From Octopus sinensis (taxonomy: Eukaryota): DNA of 64,000 nucleotides. The position numbers and the translations under genes were made by a program. Positions 13,149 through 26,326 of this stretch are shown here, one piece after another. A model generated the notes under the pieces. The model was not told the origin of the DNA, made no database searches, and saw nothing but the letters and a program-made list of their open reading frames with translations. The number at the start of each line of letters is the position of its first letter. Position 1 is the stretch's first letter. The stretch is from the NCBI RefSeq assembly GCF_006345805.1, contig NC_042999.1:173662001-173726000 (forward strand), in the 5' to 3' direction.

Positions 13149-13729
13149 CTGCCGAATCTATTTATAGACCTGTAGAATATGATCTATTCACCAATCTGCT
13201 ACCCAACTAATTCCTCCAACAACCTCATATTTATGATCTCAAGTAGAAGACAAAAGTTGAAAATAAAGGACATTTAGTAAAATCCTTTAATAATAAATGG
13301 AAATAGTAATAATGATAATAATAAATGTAGTGATATTGATAGCGATAATGATAAAAATAAAAATAATAATAATATGCTGCAGCTGTTAATGCTAAATACT
13401 ACTAATACTACAATAATACTACAACTACTACTATTATGATAGCATAGGAATCTGAGGCCCAACTACCACCCTAACCACTAACCACACCCCTGCTACTATT
13501 GCTGTTACTACAACCACTGCTGCTGCTACACATAAAAACAATAATATCAGGGATATCAGTGAAGATAATTATAATAATAATGAAAGGAAACGAGTGAAGC
13601 CTCCCCATGGGATGATTAATGATACATCTAGTGCTGGTATCACAATAAAAACACTGGTAACTGCTAAAATTACATATAAATATATTGAAATATTAAAGAA
13701 TAAATTCATTCTGTATAATTTATTAAACC

Positions 13730-13914
13730 ACGGCCTCCAGACGACTTCAGAATCTCCTGCAACTCTTCTAGACGCTATCCTTGCTTAAGTTGGTGAATGC
13801 CGCCATAATCCTCGCCTTCAGTTCATCTTTGATGTTACAAGGAGTTTCGTTTGTCTCTCGCTACACTGAGTACCACACGTAATAATCAAGGGGGTTTAAG
13901 TGTGGGGAGTCAGG

Positions 13915-13915
<1 letters not shown>
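13730..13915 (-). mobile_element. DD37D (maT)-type Tc1/mariner transposase C-terminal remnant
   Basis: Minus strand reads SPHLNPLDYYVWYSV*RETNETPCNIKDELKARIMAAF...SRLEAVV, containing the SPDLNPLDY.VW motif. Confidence 0.75.
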
Positions 13916-13946
<31 letters not shown>

Positions 13947-14633
13947 AAGGTTACTGCAAATACTACATTGTATGACACTCAGGAAATGACGATACATCGC
14001 CAACAGATGAGAGAACCGTACAAATAATATTCCCCTGTGTTAACATATAGAAAATCGTTAAGTGCAGGCGTTACCAAACAATAAAGAAATATATATCTGA
14101 TTAACAAATGCAAACTGAACATTAATTCATTATGCTTTAATAAGCACACAGCACTGACTATATTCCTATATACGTAAAAATAAATGAGTGGATGCTTTGT
14201 GGATATAGAAAACTTTTTTTCTGTAACAGCAAAATTTAGTTTCGTTAGATTTCTATCTGATGACCCAAAATTCTATTTGAAAATAATGTCGCCCGTTTCT
14301 TCAACCACGTTGTCTAACAATTGTTTTCAAGAAAACATTTTAACTTGGAAAATCTGATAACCGCACAATAAGCCAACGAACAAAATAGGTCCTTTATTCA
14401 TTTTCCTGTAAAACATGAAGCGTTATTGATTTAGTAGAATTTTTCCTATGTGAGGACTTTTCAGCACAATTCCTTTGCTTTTCCATGCTCAAAACTGACA
14501 CCGAGAAAACATACAAGAAATTTTAGTGAAAACTTTTACGTGAAAACGTTTTTATTCATGTAAAATACAAATGTGTATCCATACTTTAATGCACATACAC
14601 ACACACATACGCACTGCCATATATATATACATG

Positions 14634-14693
<60 letters not shown>

Positions 14694-15590
14694 CATACAT
14701 ATATATATACGTATAATATATATATACTTATACATATATAATCTGTGTACGCACAAATGCAAAACTTAATATATACGCCAAAATTCTTTGTAATGGCCCA
14801 AAAGCAGGTTATCAGTGAGTTCATCTAAACACATCTGGCGATTATAAGCTGCAGGTTCTGCCTCACTTCAAGATACAATCGTCTATGAGAAAGCCAACTC
14901 ACACAGGCGTGGCTCATACTGAAATTCTGATATGTTCGTTGTGCTTGACTGAGAAGTACTTTAACCTGTTCCAGGATACATCCGCATTGAACCGAAAATC
15001 TGAGCTTTCGATTAATTGTAGACATTCTTCGAACTTCTTAATTTCTTGACTATTACAACTAAATGGTTAGGTTTATAGCCTATAAAACCTTTGCCAATAA
15101 TTATCGCTGTATTTGATTCATTAGTTTAATATAATTCCGTATATGCTGGATAATTATGCTCTTTTCTTTTACTTTTCCGCAATCTTTTATTTCCAAACGT
15201 CGAATTCATTCTAGATACTATTTTTTTACTATATAGTGTATTCCATATAGCGCGTTTTTTTTCTTTATCTTCTGCATGGTTCCTGATATATGTTGACATA
15301 TTTGACCATTATTATTTTTATTACGTCTCATATCTATTCATTATTGATTATTTTTAGCTATATTTTTAGCTTATTTCATCAGTAACGTCCTATATTTTTA
15401 AATGTACGTTTATAATCGCACATAGCTAGATATGTACCAATTTTACTGCTTGAATGTATGTGCATGTGTACATATGGGTATGTATGCGTAATATTTCTAT
15501 ATTTATACAAATACATACATACATACATACATACATACATACATACATACATACATACATACATACATACATACATAATACATATATATA

Positions 15591-15858
15591 CACTGGTGTG
15601 CAAATGTCTTAGGCAATTCCATTTTTTCTTTGAAATTTGATGATAATTGGAACTTAATGCTAATATATTAATTTTTTTAAAGATATGATACTAATTTTGT
15701 AATATATTATTTCAATCTTCATTAAAAATTCCCAGAATCCCCGACAAAAAATTTGGTTTATAGTATTTGACAAAGTTGACCAAATTATGAACCAATTAAT
15801 AAAAGTGTTTCATTTCATTAAAATCACACGAACTGCCTAAGAATTTTGCACACCAGTG
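15591..15858. mobile_element. 268-bp Tc1-like MITE
   Basis: About 29-bp TIRs: CACTGGTGTGCAAATGTCTTAGGCAATTC versus the reverse complement of the right end, CACTGGTGTGCAAAATTCTTAGGCAGTTC. TA on the left, TG on the right. Confidence 0.85.
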
Positions 15859-15936
15859 TGTATATGTGTGTGTGCTTGTGTGTGTGTTTGTGCGTGTGTT
15901 TGTGTGTGTGTATTCGTGGGTTTATTTAAATGCATG

Positions 15937-16028
<92 letters not shown>
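15937..16028. repeat. (GATA)n microsatellite
   Basis: Directly visible. Confidence 0.98.
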
Positions 16029-16029
<1 letters not shown>

Positions 16030-17126
16030 TGATAAACTAGTGAATGCTCGTGTGTATGTAAGTATATATGTTCAGGTATGTACGGGTGGATGTGTATATA
16101 TTGGTATATAGTCGTACATTTTTATTTTGAAATTGAATCCCCTAGCGCAAATTATTTTCGACAATTTATTGCTCTTGTACGACGAATATATTAATTTATG
16201 CATTCTTCTCTCTCTATATATAAATTTACTCATTTAATCATTTACTGTTTTAAATACACAATTGGTCCAATATACATTTTATCTATGAAAATGCCATGGT
16301 ATGTATTTTATACACTGTATTCAGCTAGCCTTTATTTCGGTGAGCTTTTCAATGTGTTTACGTGTTCGGTCTTGTTGTTCCTAATTTCACTTTCAATTAT
16401 ACTCTAATTAATTGGCTATCATCCCTTCCTCTAACGCTATATAACTCGAAGCTATATACATAACATAACATTAGTCACATGTGGACACATACACTCTCGG
16501 TATTTTCCCCTTTTTCTTCTCATTTTCTTTTTAGGTTTATCTTCTACGTGGGTTCCTCATTCTATATTCTCCCATGCTGCAATTTTCATTACCCTTATCA
16601 TAAGCTTATTTTTATTTCATGCATTTACTATTTTAAATCATTCATTTAGTTTTTGTCTCGGGAGGGTCATTACACTAACAATAATAAACGCACTGTTTAA
16701 TTTTTTGTAATATTCATCTGTCCTTGTTTTAATTTTAATCTATATTTTTTATTTCCATTTAAAATCTGTTTTAAATACTTGCAGAAACTTATATCATATA
16801 AGATTTTTCTTATTATTAATATCCGTTTCCACGAAAATAGACAATTTTCAAATTTTATTTGACTTCCCTTAATATCTATGTGTTTCCGTTTCGGTCAGTC
16901 GTATTCATCAAACAGACTTTTTGAAAAATAATTCCCTAGCAACATGAAATGTTTATTAAATGAGTTCATAATCATTAATACTTATAAATAATTTTCAACT
17001 ATCGCATTGTTCTAAATACGACTGCCTGATAAATGGTTATGTGAAAATCTAAGCTTCTATAAAATAATACATTCGTCATTCTTTGACACTGATGTACTAT
17101 TTTAGCCAACTTTGCTTTGCACCTGT

Positions 17127-17181
<55 letters not shown>

Positions 17182-17301
17182 CACAAATCCATGTATACAT
17201 ATGTGTGTGTGTGAGAGAGAGTGTGAGTGTGTATTATCAATTTCCCCTATGATATTGATTGAGACTATTAGTCTTTTCAACCACAGATAACACTAAATGT
17301 A

Positions 17302-17349
<48 letters not shown>

Positions 17350-17401
17350 ATATATATAACGCGAAATATACGTACATATATATATATGTACGTATATTTC
17401 G

Positions 17402-18367
17402 CGTTATAAGTGAGAAGAAGAAGCGGATGATGTGCATTGAATTAAAGAAGGAAATTATCGGAAAATATGGTCAAGGTGTAAGTGTAGTCGACATGGCGAG
17501 TAGTACGAGCGTAGCACTTCTACGATCTGCATCATAATGAAACAGGAGTCGATAAACGCTATAACGCCAATCAAGGGCTTTAAAATAATTTTTTAAAAAG
17601 CGGACATCTATTCATTAAAATATGGAGAAGCTGCTGGTGGTGTGGTTGACGGAGAAACAGCTCGCAGAAGATACCGTGACGGAGGCTATAATATGTGAGA
17701 ATGCACGAGGTATTTACGCTGATCTGCTGCAGCAAATCCCAGGCACTTGTACGGACGAAGCATCGGGCGAGACGTTTAAAGCTAGTCGAGACTGGTTCGA
17801 GAAATTTAAAAAGAGGACCGGCACTCACGCACTTGTCAGATATGGTAAGGCAGCGAGGGAGGATATGAAGGTAGCTGAGGATTACGTCAAACTTTTGCCG
17901 AAATTATAGCAGCCAAAGTGAGGATGAAACACGTAATAGGACAGGATTTTGTCGAAAACTCCTGCAGATTAAAGCGGGGAAAGCGTAGCAAAAAATGGCA
18001 AAAATCAGCGAATAAGATTCAGCTATTCAGTTCAGCATTCCACCTCCATCTCTGTCAGCATCGTCAAGCCATCTGTTCTCCAAAGTCAATGCTGTATATG
18101 ATACTTAATACAATCAGTTTATTGCAGTACATTCTATTGAACATTCTATTGTTTTTGTTTGTTCTTTTTTACAATATTCGTTATTTATAAGTACCATTTT
18201 CTTATTTAAATACACGTAACAAAAAAATTGCGGTGTTTTTTCGGGAACCCAGAAGGGATAAATGGCATTTCAAATTATTTCAATGGGGAAATTTGATTTG
18301 ACATAACAGTAATTTTGAGTTTCGATGTCCGTCACGGGACGAATTAAACTCGTATGTCAAGGTACCA

Positions 18368-18370
<3 letters not shown>
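17402..18370 (+). mobile_element. Internally deleted Tigger/pogo transposon (HTH_psq and CENP-B-type HTH retained, DDE domain lost)
   Basis: EKKKRMMCIELKKEIIGKY, then MEKLLVVWLTEKQLAEDTVTEAIICENAR...FKASRDWFEKFKKR. Right TIR ends ...CTCGTATGTCAAGGTACCACTG followed by TA. Left end is lost in (TA)n. Confidence 0.88.
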
Positions 18371-18428
<58 letters not shown>

Positions 18429-18495
18429 CACACACACACACACATATAAATTCGTCAGCCGTTACAGTTACGAGAAGCAAAGTCACATTAATATG

Positions 18496-20381
18496 CAGTA
18501 CCGTGCAAAAAGTCTTCGACCACTTCAAACTATTGTAAATTTCTACTAATGGATAACTTGTAAGTGGATGTTTCGCATTGCGTTTTCTGCAGATGAGATA
18601 TTTGTCCTGTTGGAGTCATTTCTATATCCATTCATTTTTTTTTGTAGTAGGGCTTCTGAATGAGAGGGAAAGATGCGAGACGACCACAAAAATCGGCTCT
18701 ACAAAAGTATGCGGCCACCTCACATAAACCAATGAAGTTACAGTGTTTTAAAATAGAAAAATGTCTATAATGAAAAAGGTTGTGTGGATTTTTCTGACGT
18801 ACTCTTTTCTTTAGTTCTGTCAACATTTTCTCGATGATATTGAAGTCATGGTTCTGAGCTGGCCAATCTTTCAATACAGTAGCACCTTCATCAACCAGAC
18901 TGTATTGATTGTGTTGCATGCGATCTGTGGCATGGAGCTCCGTCATGCTGAAAAATCTCACCTTCATCCAAGCCTGGTATCCAATTTTCCTTGGCACTGA
19001 ACCATCACTTTTTAAGTATCCCCAAATTATCAGACACTTACCCAGAAACTTCTCTGTTTTCGTCGTGTAACGTAGGTCGTTTCGCTTTGTAATAAGCGAG
19101 AATTTATCAGAAGACCTCGAGGAAAGCGAAACGACCCATGTGACACGACGAAAACAGTGAAGTTTGAGGGTAAGTGTCTGATACTTTGGAGATACATAAA
19201 ATCTGATGGTAAAATTTTTATTAAAGACATTTTTCTGTTTTAAAACGCTGAATCATGATTGATTTATATGAGGTTGCTGCAAACTTCTGCAGAGACGTGT
19301 TTGGTGGTCGTCTTGCATCTTCCCCTCCCATTCATATCCCCTACTACAAAATATATGACTAGGTATGGAAATGACTCCAAAAGAGTCAATATCTCATCTA
19401 TAAAAAATGCAATGCGAAACATCGACTTATACGAGGTTTGGTCTATAAGTATACGGGCTGTTGCCGTAGTAACAAAGCTAAAACACGTATAGTAAAGCCG
19501 ATTGGCAAAATTGATCTGGAACTCTACTGCGCACGCGCACTAAGTTTTAACGTTCTAACTCACTTCCGCTGTTTACAACAGTGCTTAGAAGAAAGGTGGA
19601 TAGCATGTGATTGTCGCATTGACCATTACAGAAAAAGTTGTCATGGCAATACCTGATCAGAGACCTACGCAAAGTTGCAGAAAGTGTATGGAGAGGAGTG
19701 TATGAGCCGCACACAAGTGTCCGAAAGGTTCAGACGGTTCCAAGATAGCCCAAAAAATGTCGATATTGGCAAACGTTCTGGGAGACCCGCAACTAGCAGA
19801 ACTTAGAAAAATATCGTAGATTTGCATGCAGCTGTGAGGGAAAATCGTTGAATCACCATAAGTGAGTTATCAGTGGTTGTGCAGATTAGTTACGCTTCTG
19901 TCCAGTCCATTATCGCAGAAGATTTGAGTATGAGACGCGTGTCTGCCAAGTTTGTGCCCCAAACTGCTTTCTGCTGACCAAATAGTCACTCAGTTGCACA
20001 AGACCTCCTTGATTGTGTCCACAGGGATGAATGCGTTTTGAAAACTTTGCGTAGGCCTCTGAGCAGGTATCGCCAAGCTCTTCGCAAAACTTGATGCAGA
20101 TTCACTGCTCAACTTTCTCTCTCATGGGCAATGCGACGATCACACGTTACACACCTTCCTTCCAAGCATTGCTGTAAACAGCGGAAGTGAGCTAAAACGT
20201 TACACTTTAGTGTGCATGCACAGCAGAGATCAAAGTCAATCTGTCAAGCGGCTTTAGTCTGCTTGCTCTAGCTTCGTTACTATCGCAACACTCCGAATAC
20301 TTATTGATCATACCACGTAAGTTGGTAACCAGTAGAAATTTACAGTAGTTTAAAGTAGCCGACGACTTTTGCATAGTACTA
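18496..20381. mobile_element. Tc1-like (DD34E-type) fold-back derivative with about 280-bp inverted arms, interrupted by a mariner
   Basis: Left end CAGTACCGTGCAAAAAGTC matches the reverse complement of 20360-20381. 18558-18775 is inverted-homologous to about 19215-19430. Minus strand encodes EIFQHDGAPCH and WPAQNHDFNIIE. Plus strand 19100-19215 encodes RRPRGKRNDP..KTVKFEGKCLILWRYIKSDG. Confidence 0.82.
19432..20317 (+). mobile_element. Non-autonomous mariner (Mos1-like HTH) with two inverted 5' ends, inserted at TA
   Basis: TA at 19430-31 and 20318-19. ETYAKLQKVYGEECMSRTQV..RFRRF..KRSGRP and RRVSAKFVP are mariner motifs. No catalytic domain. 20040-20317 is an inverted, diverged copy of 19432-19682. 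Confidence 0.88.
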
Positions 20382-20462
20382 TATGTCTGTGTCTATCCGC
20401 GCGTTCGGACGGGTAGGCGTAGTCGAGATGTTATAAAATTGTGATAGAAATTTACAATCGTA

Positions 20463-20828
20463 GGCGTAGGAGTGGCTGTGTGGTAAGTGACACCTTGGGC
20501 AAGTGTCTTTTATCATAGCCTCGGGCCAACCAAATCCTGGTGAGTGGATTTGGTAGACGGAAACTGAAAGAATCCCGTCGTATATATGTGTATATATATA
20601 TGTACGTGTGTATATGTTTGTGTGTCTGTTTGCCCCCACCCCAACATCGCTTGACAACCGATGCTGGTGTGTTTATGTCCCCGTAACATAGCGGTTCGGC
20701 AAAAGAGACCGATAGAATAAGTACTAGGGTTACAAAGAATAAGTCCTGGGGTCGATTTGCTCGACTAAAGGCGGTGCTCCAGCATGGCCACAGTCAAATG
20801 ACTGAAACAAGTAAAAGAGTAAAAGAAT
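20463..20828 (+). mobile_element. tRNA-derived SINE with internal microsatellite (B-box segment deleted)
   Basis: Head GGCGTAGGAGTGGCTGTGTGGTAAG. Body and AAAAGA-type tail are homologous to 29309-29802. Confidence 0.88.
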
Positions 20829-21488
20829 CAAATATTTATATTATAATAGTTTATCATTTGTAAACCATTATCATCAAAACTTTTTCATTTGAATGAAAAT
20901 ATCAAAGTTCATGAAGAATGTTATCATTCGATAAAGGAAATCATATAAGTCTTCAACATCGTATAGAATAATAGATACCACATGGCACACTAAACTTCTC
21001 CTGCGTTTCAATAACCCAACGAAAACTTTATTTAAAGTATACAGTGTCGTAAAGCTTTTAACGATGTTTATTTTATGAATATTATAGGTATTATACGAAG
21101 AAACAGGATATGATTTAATAGAAATATGTTTATCAAATATGTCGATCTCAAGGCATAATGTTCTACGTATAAAAGATAATGATTTCATCATGAAGAATTT
21201 TCACTTATGACATGTGTCCGCTACCTACAACCTTTTCTATTGTATGGGTGGTTTTGTCTCCTACAGCATTTTCTAGCATTTTAAAGAAAACAGCTGACAT
21301 TTTCGATCGAATCTCCTGTGAGTCAACATGGGATCTCTTGACGACAATGTAAACTTCTTTCCATTAAGGTAAATTTGGCCCGACGAGTAGCTAGAAGATT
21401 CCTCCTCGTTTGGATAATTACCACTTCCGAAGTTCTGCTAGCTATATATATACATATCATCATCGTTAGCATCGTGTCTTTACTTTCG

Positions 21489-21642
21489 TGCAATTTACTA
21501 TCACAACGAAGGTTTTTAGAATATTTGAATGCTTTTTTAGATCTTCTCATTTACACTGTAAAATGCAATTTACTATCACAACGAAGGTTTTTAAAATATT
21601 TGAATGTTTTTTTAGATCTTCTCATTTACACTGTAAAATGCA
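21489..21642 (+). repeat. 75-bp tandem duplication
   Basis: TGCAATTTACTATCACAACGAAGG...TTACACTGTAAAA at 21489-21563 and 21564-21638, 2 mismatches. Confidence 0.95.
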
Positions 21643-24159
21643 TATTACGTCTAAATCACCATACGAACTCAGATGTCTATTACGGTTAGTTTTTAACTGC
21701 TTTGGTTAATTCTTGACTGGATTTTTTTATTTTTCCAATTGAGCATGAAATTTGATCTGCGAAACGAAGTCTCAATGACTTTATTCTTTCCCACGTTAAA
21801 ATTATAGGAGGAATGTATCTACCACACTGCCACAATAAAGGAAGCGAAATGCGAGGAGAATCGTTATCGAGTTGGAGAAAATGCTCAGTGGTATTTCCCT
21901 CGATTCTTTTACGCTTTGTGTTCAAATTTTACCGAGGCCAACTTTATGTCTCGTACCTTCGGGATAGTTGGAACAAATTATCAGTCAATACATGGATTGA
22001 TTTTATCGACACTCAAAACCGGTTATAACAGAAAAGGGATAGCTAATTTGATAGACTATATACTGAGAACGATACTTACTAAAGTTGCACTCGGCATAGA
22101 AATGATTGAAATGAGTGACATGATTGAAACAATGAATATAGATAGAGAGAGAGAAAGAGAGAGAGGGAGATACATACATACATAATGCATGCATACATAC
22201 ATACATGCATACATACATACATAGATACATTCATACATATATACATACATACATACATACATACATACATACACACATACATACATACATATATACATAC
22301 ATATGACTGTGCGTCTGTAGAATGTGCAGTCTACAGATTGTGCGCGAAAGCGCATAATTAATATTTCTCCTCTGAGTGGAAGGCAAATTTACCGATAATC
22401 ATTAGTGTTTGGCAAAGAGGAAAGGACATTTCAAATACATTAAAAAAGAATTAGAATCGCAATCTTTATTTATATGTCTAGGGTAAATTTAATCTTTGTG
22501 TGCAAGAATGTAAAAATAACAAGATAGTAGATCCTATTCGAGCCTGCTTCATCAGTTGTCAATTGCACATATAGAAAAAAATTATGAATTATAGATAGAT
22601 AGAGAGAAAGAGAGAGGTGTGTGTGTGTGTAGTGTTTTTGTCTTGGTATGTTGCTAGGGGTTGGCAAAATTAATACCAATAAGAAAGAATCCTTAGAACA
22701 GAACGTATATAGTCTTCATAATATGACAGCAATTGTGAACTCCAAGTAGATTCGAAAATCACTTCACAGGACTTGCAAATTCATTTATCACTAAAACGAT
22801 TAATTGCAGAAGTGAAAGCTTTCACAATACTAATAATGAAAGCTAACTACAGATTGTAATATGAATAGTGGAAAGATTTAGTTCGTAAACCATAAAGCAA
22901 GTGAGATACTGCCAATGAAATTACACCATAGAGCTTTTGGTGATTACTGTGTTCAAGGGGATTTTGTTGCCAATGATATTTCAAATATGATAATAGATAA
23001 CAGTCAACGTCCGTCTACAGCGATATGCTTTATTAAGAATTAAATTCAGGTAGTGAATCAGTGTTCAAGGTCTTTCGCACCTTCCTAATCAGTTGTAGTA
23101 TTTATTACGTTTAGCATAATGGTTCGTAAGATAACACATATTAATCAACTAGCTTTCTCTGTAAATGCACTGAATGGTATTAGAAAGTATTAAAAACATC
23201 TTGTTAACTTTGATAACGATAACACGTTATGATGTCCGACGAAGCACATCGTATCTAGCCATCTCATACCACTCAATTGTAAGATGTATTCTTATTTTTG
23301 TAATTATCTGAGATAAATGAACGAAGTACTCGTAATCTAACAGAATTATATAATCCCCACTGCGAACATTGTTTATGTGGTTGAAGAAACAAATATCGCT
23401 TTCCAGTACAATAGCAGCGGTGTGGCCGAAACGGGAGATTCTTGAAATGAATTGCCTTTAGATTTTATTTCTATTCTACAGTGCTCCTAGTTCAAATCCC
23501 AGTTGCCATTTTTCCCCCATTTTCTGTCTGTACGAAAGATAAAATAAATATAAAACTTCGTTAGATCACTCAGACATAGAGCTATCTTACTTTTCAGATC
23601 AGTGGCTCTCAGCCAATATAGGAAGTCTCTATTATTACAATGTGATAAGCACTTCTGGAGAAAATCCAAAATTCCAGCAATTCAAGGAAGACTTTGCCAT
23701 TCATTTATGCCACTGATGTTGAAAATCCACAACACCAAAAACTTAAATGTTCCGTTTTTACCACAAACAAAAACAAATAAATTATTATACTATACAACCC
23801 TACGATAAGTGTTCTATATAGATACGCATTTCTTATAACACGTTCTTTGCTATTATCATCTTTCTTCTAACACGTTTTCTTATAACACGTTCTTTGGTAT
23901 TATCATATTTATAAAAAAAGATATTATGACTTTTCTGTATTAATCAAGCTATTGAATAGAATAGAATCGCTTGAGCCTGTAATAAACACGCTGAAAAAAA
24001 CTTACTCGTGTGATACATTCCCTACACACAGATACGATGATGCAGATTATGTGGTTGAACTCCAGTTCTACACCGTGTACTGTTACAAAGGTATTCCAAC
24101 GGAGCCGCGAGAATGTCATAGTTTCTCTTACATGATTACCTACTAGTGCTAACTTTTAG

Positions 24160-24345
24160 TTGTTAACGATAATTGAAGCGGCAAGACAAGAATATATACG
24201 GACAAGAATTTGGTGGTGTGGTGGTGGTGATGGTTGTGGTGGTGGTGGTGGTGGTGGTGGTGGTGGTGTGGTGGTGGTGGTGTTGGATGGTGACGGCAGC
24301 GGTGGTGATGGTAGTGGTGGCGGCGGCGGAGGTGAGGACGGCGAC
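24160..24345. repeat. (GGT)n-rich microsatellite
   Basis: Directly visible. It gives rise to poly-G/P/V ORF artefacts. Confidence 0.9.
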
Positions 24346-24611
24346 AATTACTATGATTTTAGAGAGTAAAATCTGCATTCGGAGAAAACTGTGAGGATTT
24401 GCGTCAACACCAACTTTTAGTCTGCTTTTGAAAAAGGAAAATTGAAGTCACCGCACTGTTACTGCATTATTTAACTCGACAAAAATGAGCATATTAACGA
24501 TTTTTTTTTAAAACATTTACAAAAACAGAATAAAGTTAGTAATTTCAATCACAAAGTTTCACTCATAAGAAATTCTCCAGAGGCGCATTATAGGTTTATT
24601 ATATATCGCCA

Positions 24612-24679
<68 letters not shown>

Positions 24680-24680
24680 T

Positions 24681-25222
24681 GCTCTGACGCAATACCAGAC
24701 AGTGGCTCTCATGGCTTCTGATCTTAACTGATTGGAAGTGTTATCATGTACATTGTTTGGTTTTGGTATAAAAGATGAGCTACAGCAAATAGTCTGCGCA
24801 ATACCACAGATTTGCTTGTCAGTTGTTTGACCGTAACAAGTTGAGCATGTCCCTTAGTGGCTGACGATATGTGCATCTCTGATCACGAGCAGAAGTAGTG
24901 GGGGAGCATCATAGCCATGTGTTGAGAGGGATTCTTTGGGGTTTGAATAATTCCCCTCTGGAAACATGGGTGTTTCGTTCAACATCCTTAAACAATCCTT
25001 ATTCAGGGACCTTTTGACCTTTCAACCAGAAGAAAATTCTAACTGGGCCCCAACTGCAAGGTCATGTGCTGTTTATCTTGATGTGAGATCAGCATGTCGC
25101 GCACATATGGTTGTGGTGCATGTGTCTGGTGTACCCTTATCAGGCGGGTAGTCATGATGGGTATACTGGGCTTCGTATATTTTACCCCAGAGTCACTTTG
25201 ATGGCATGCACTGCTCTCTCTC
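24681..25222. mobile_element. About 540-bp non-coding, GC-richer segment embedded between (AAT)n arrays (likely SINE or LINE 3' UTR)
   Basis: Flanked on both sides by (AAT)n (24616-24679 and 25228-25255). No ORF motif recognised. The family assignment is inference. Confidence 0.5.
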
Positions 25223-25343
25223 TCACTCAATAATAATAATAATAATAATAATAAAAGAAGAAGAAGAAGAAGAAGAAGAAGAAGAAGAATGATGATGATG
25301 ATGATAAGAACAACAACAACAATAATAAAAATACACGCAACCA

Positions 25344-25383
<40 letters not shown>

Positions 25384-26272
25384 GCATATACAGTGGTACT
25401 AAAATCGAGAAATTTGTGGTATATATATTGTCTTATCCACTCTGGTTACCTTACACAGAATGCAATGATACGTATTCATGAAAGCAAGGAAACAAAAATT
25501 ACCATACACACATGAGCTGCTGTCTAACCCCAATAAAGGTTAAAATCCCCAAGGCGTATGTTTTAAAACTGAAATTCACTGTTTATGTATTTTAATCTGC
25601 ATCTTTATACCAAAAGCTATATTTATCAAATAAACACTACTTTTACAATTTTCCAGACTGAACATATTTAAGTAACCTACATACATGCTCAAATGCAACT
25701 GCTTTGCTTGTGACATTAATGTGCTTGAAAATGTCTGAAATGTTATGGCATCACACACCTCTGACATCCCAGACTTCTGCTAGACTTTTCTTATTAAAAA
25801 TATTGAACAATAGGTTATAGCCAGAAAAAATATATTGACGGCGTTATTAGTAAAAGGAAAATATAAAACGATTGAAAACGAAAGAAACATTTATCAAAAT
25901 ATTGTTTCCTTTTATATATTCATGGAAATTTTCAAAGTCGACAAAATATGAACTCTTGCTTTGCTTATACCATACGCCCGTGCGTGTATAAGAGCGAGAG
26001 AAAGAAATTCAAGTTCTTCATCATGAAGTACAAACCGGACGCTCATATATTGACAAGATTTCGTTAGTTCGCCAAAAGTATTCTCGTTTTCCTCAACCTT
26101 TGACGGTACATAAACATCTGTTAGAATGTTGACTATTACATCTGAGTATTACATTTGTTCCTGGTACACATATATATATATATAATAATAATAGGGAATA
26201 TTATTCCAAACTTATAGGGAAAAATTCAATTTGGCAATACTAAATCAAATTTCACAAAATATAATATATAAT

Positions 26273-26326
<54 letters not shown>

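Noticed and set aside
23100-23260. VMMSDEAH motif suggesting a DD41D (rosa) transposase
   Set aside because: A single short motif with no second catalytic motif or TIR.
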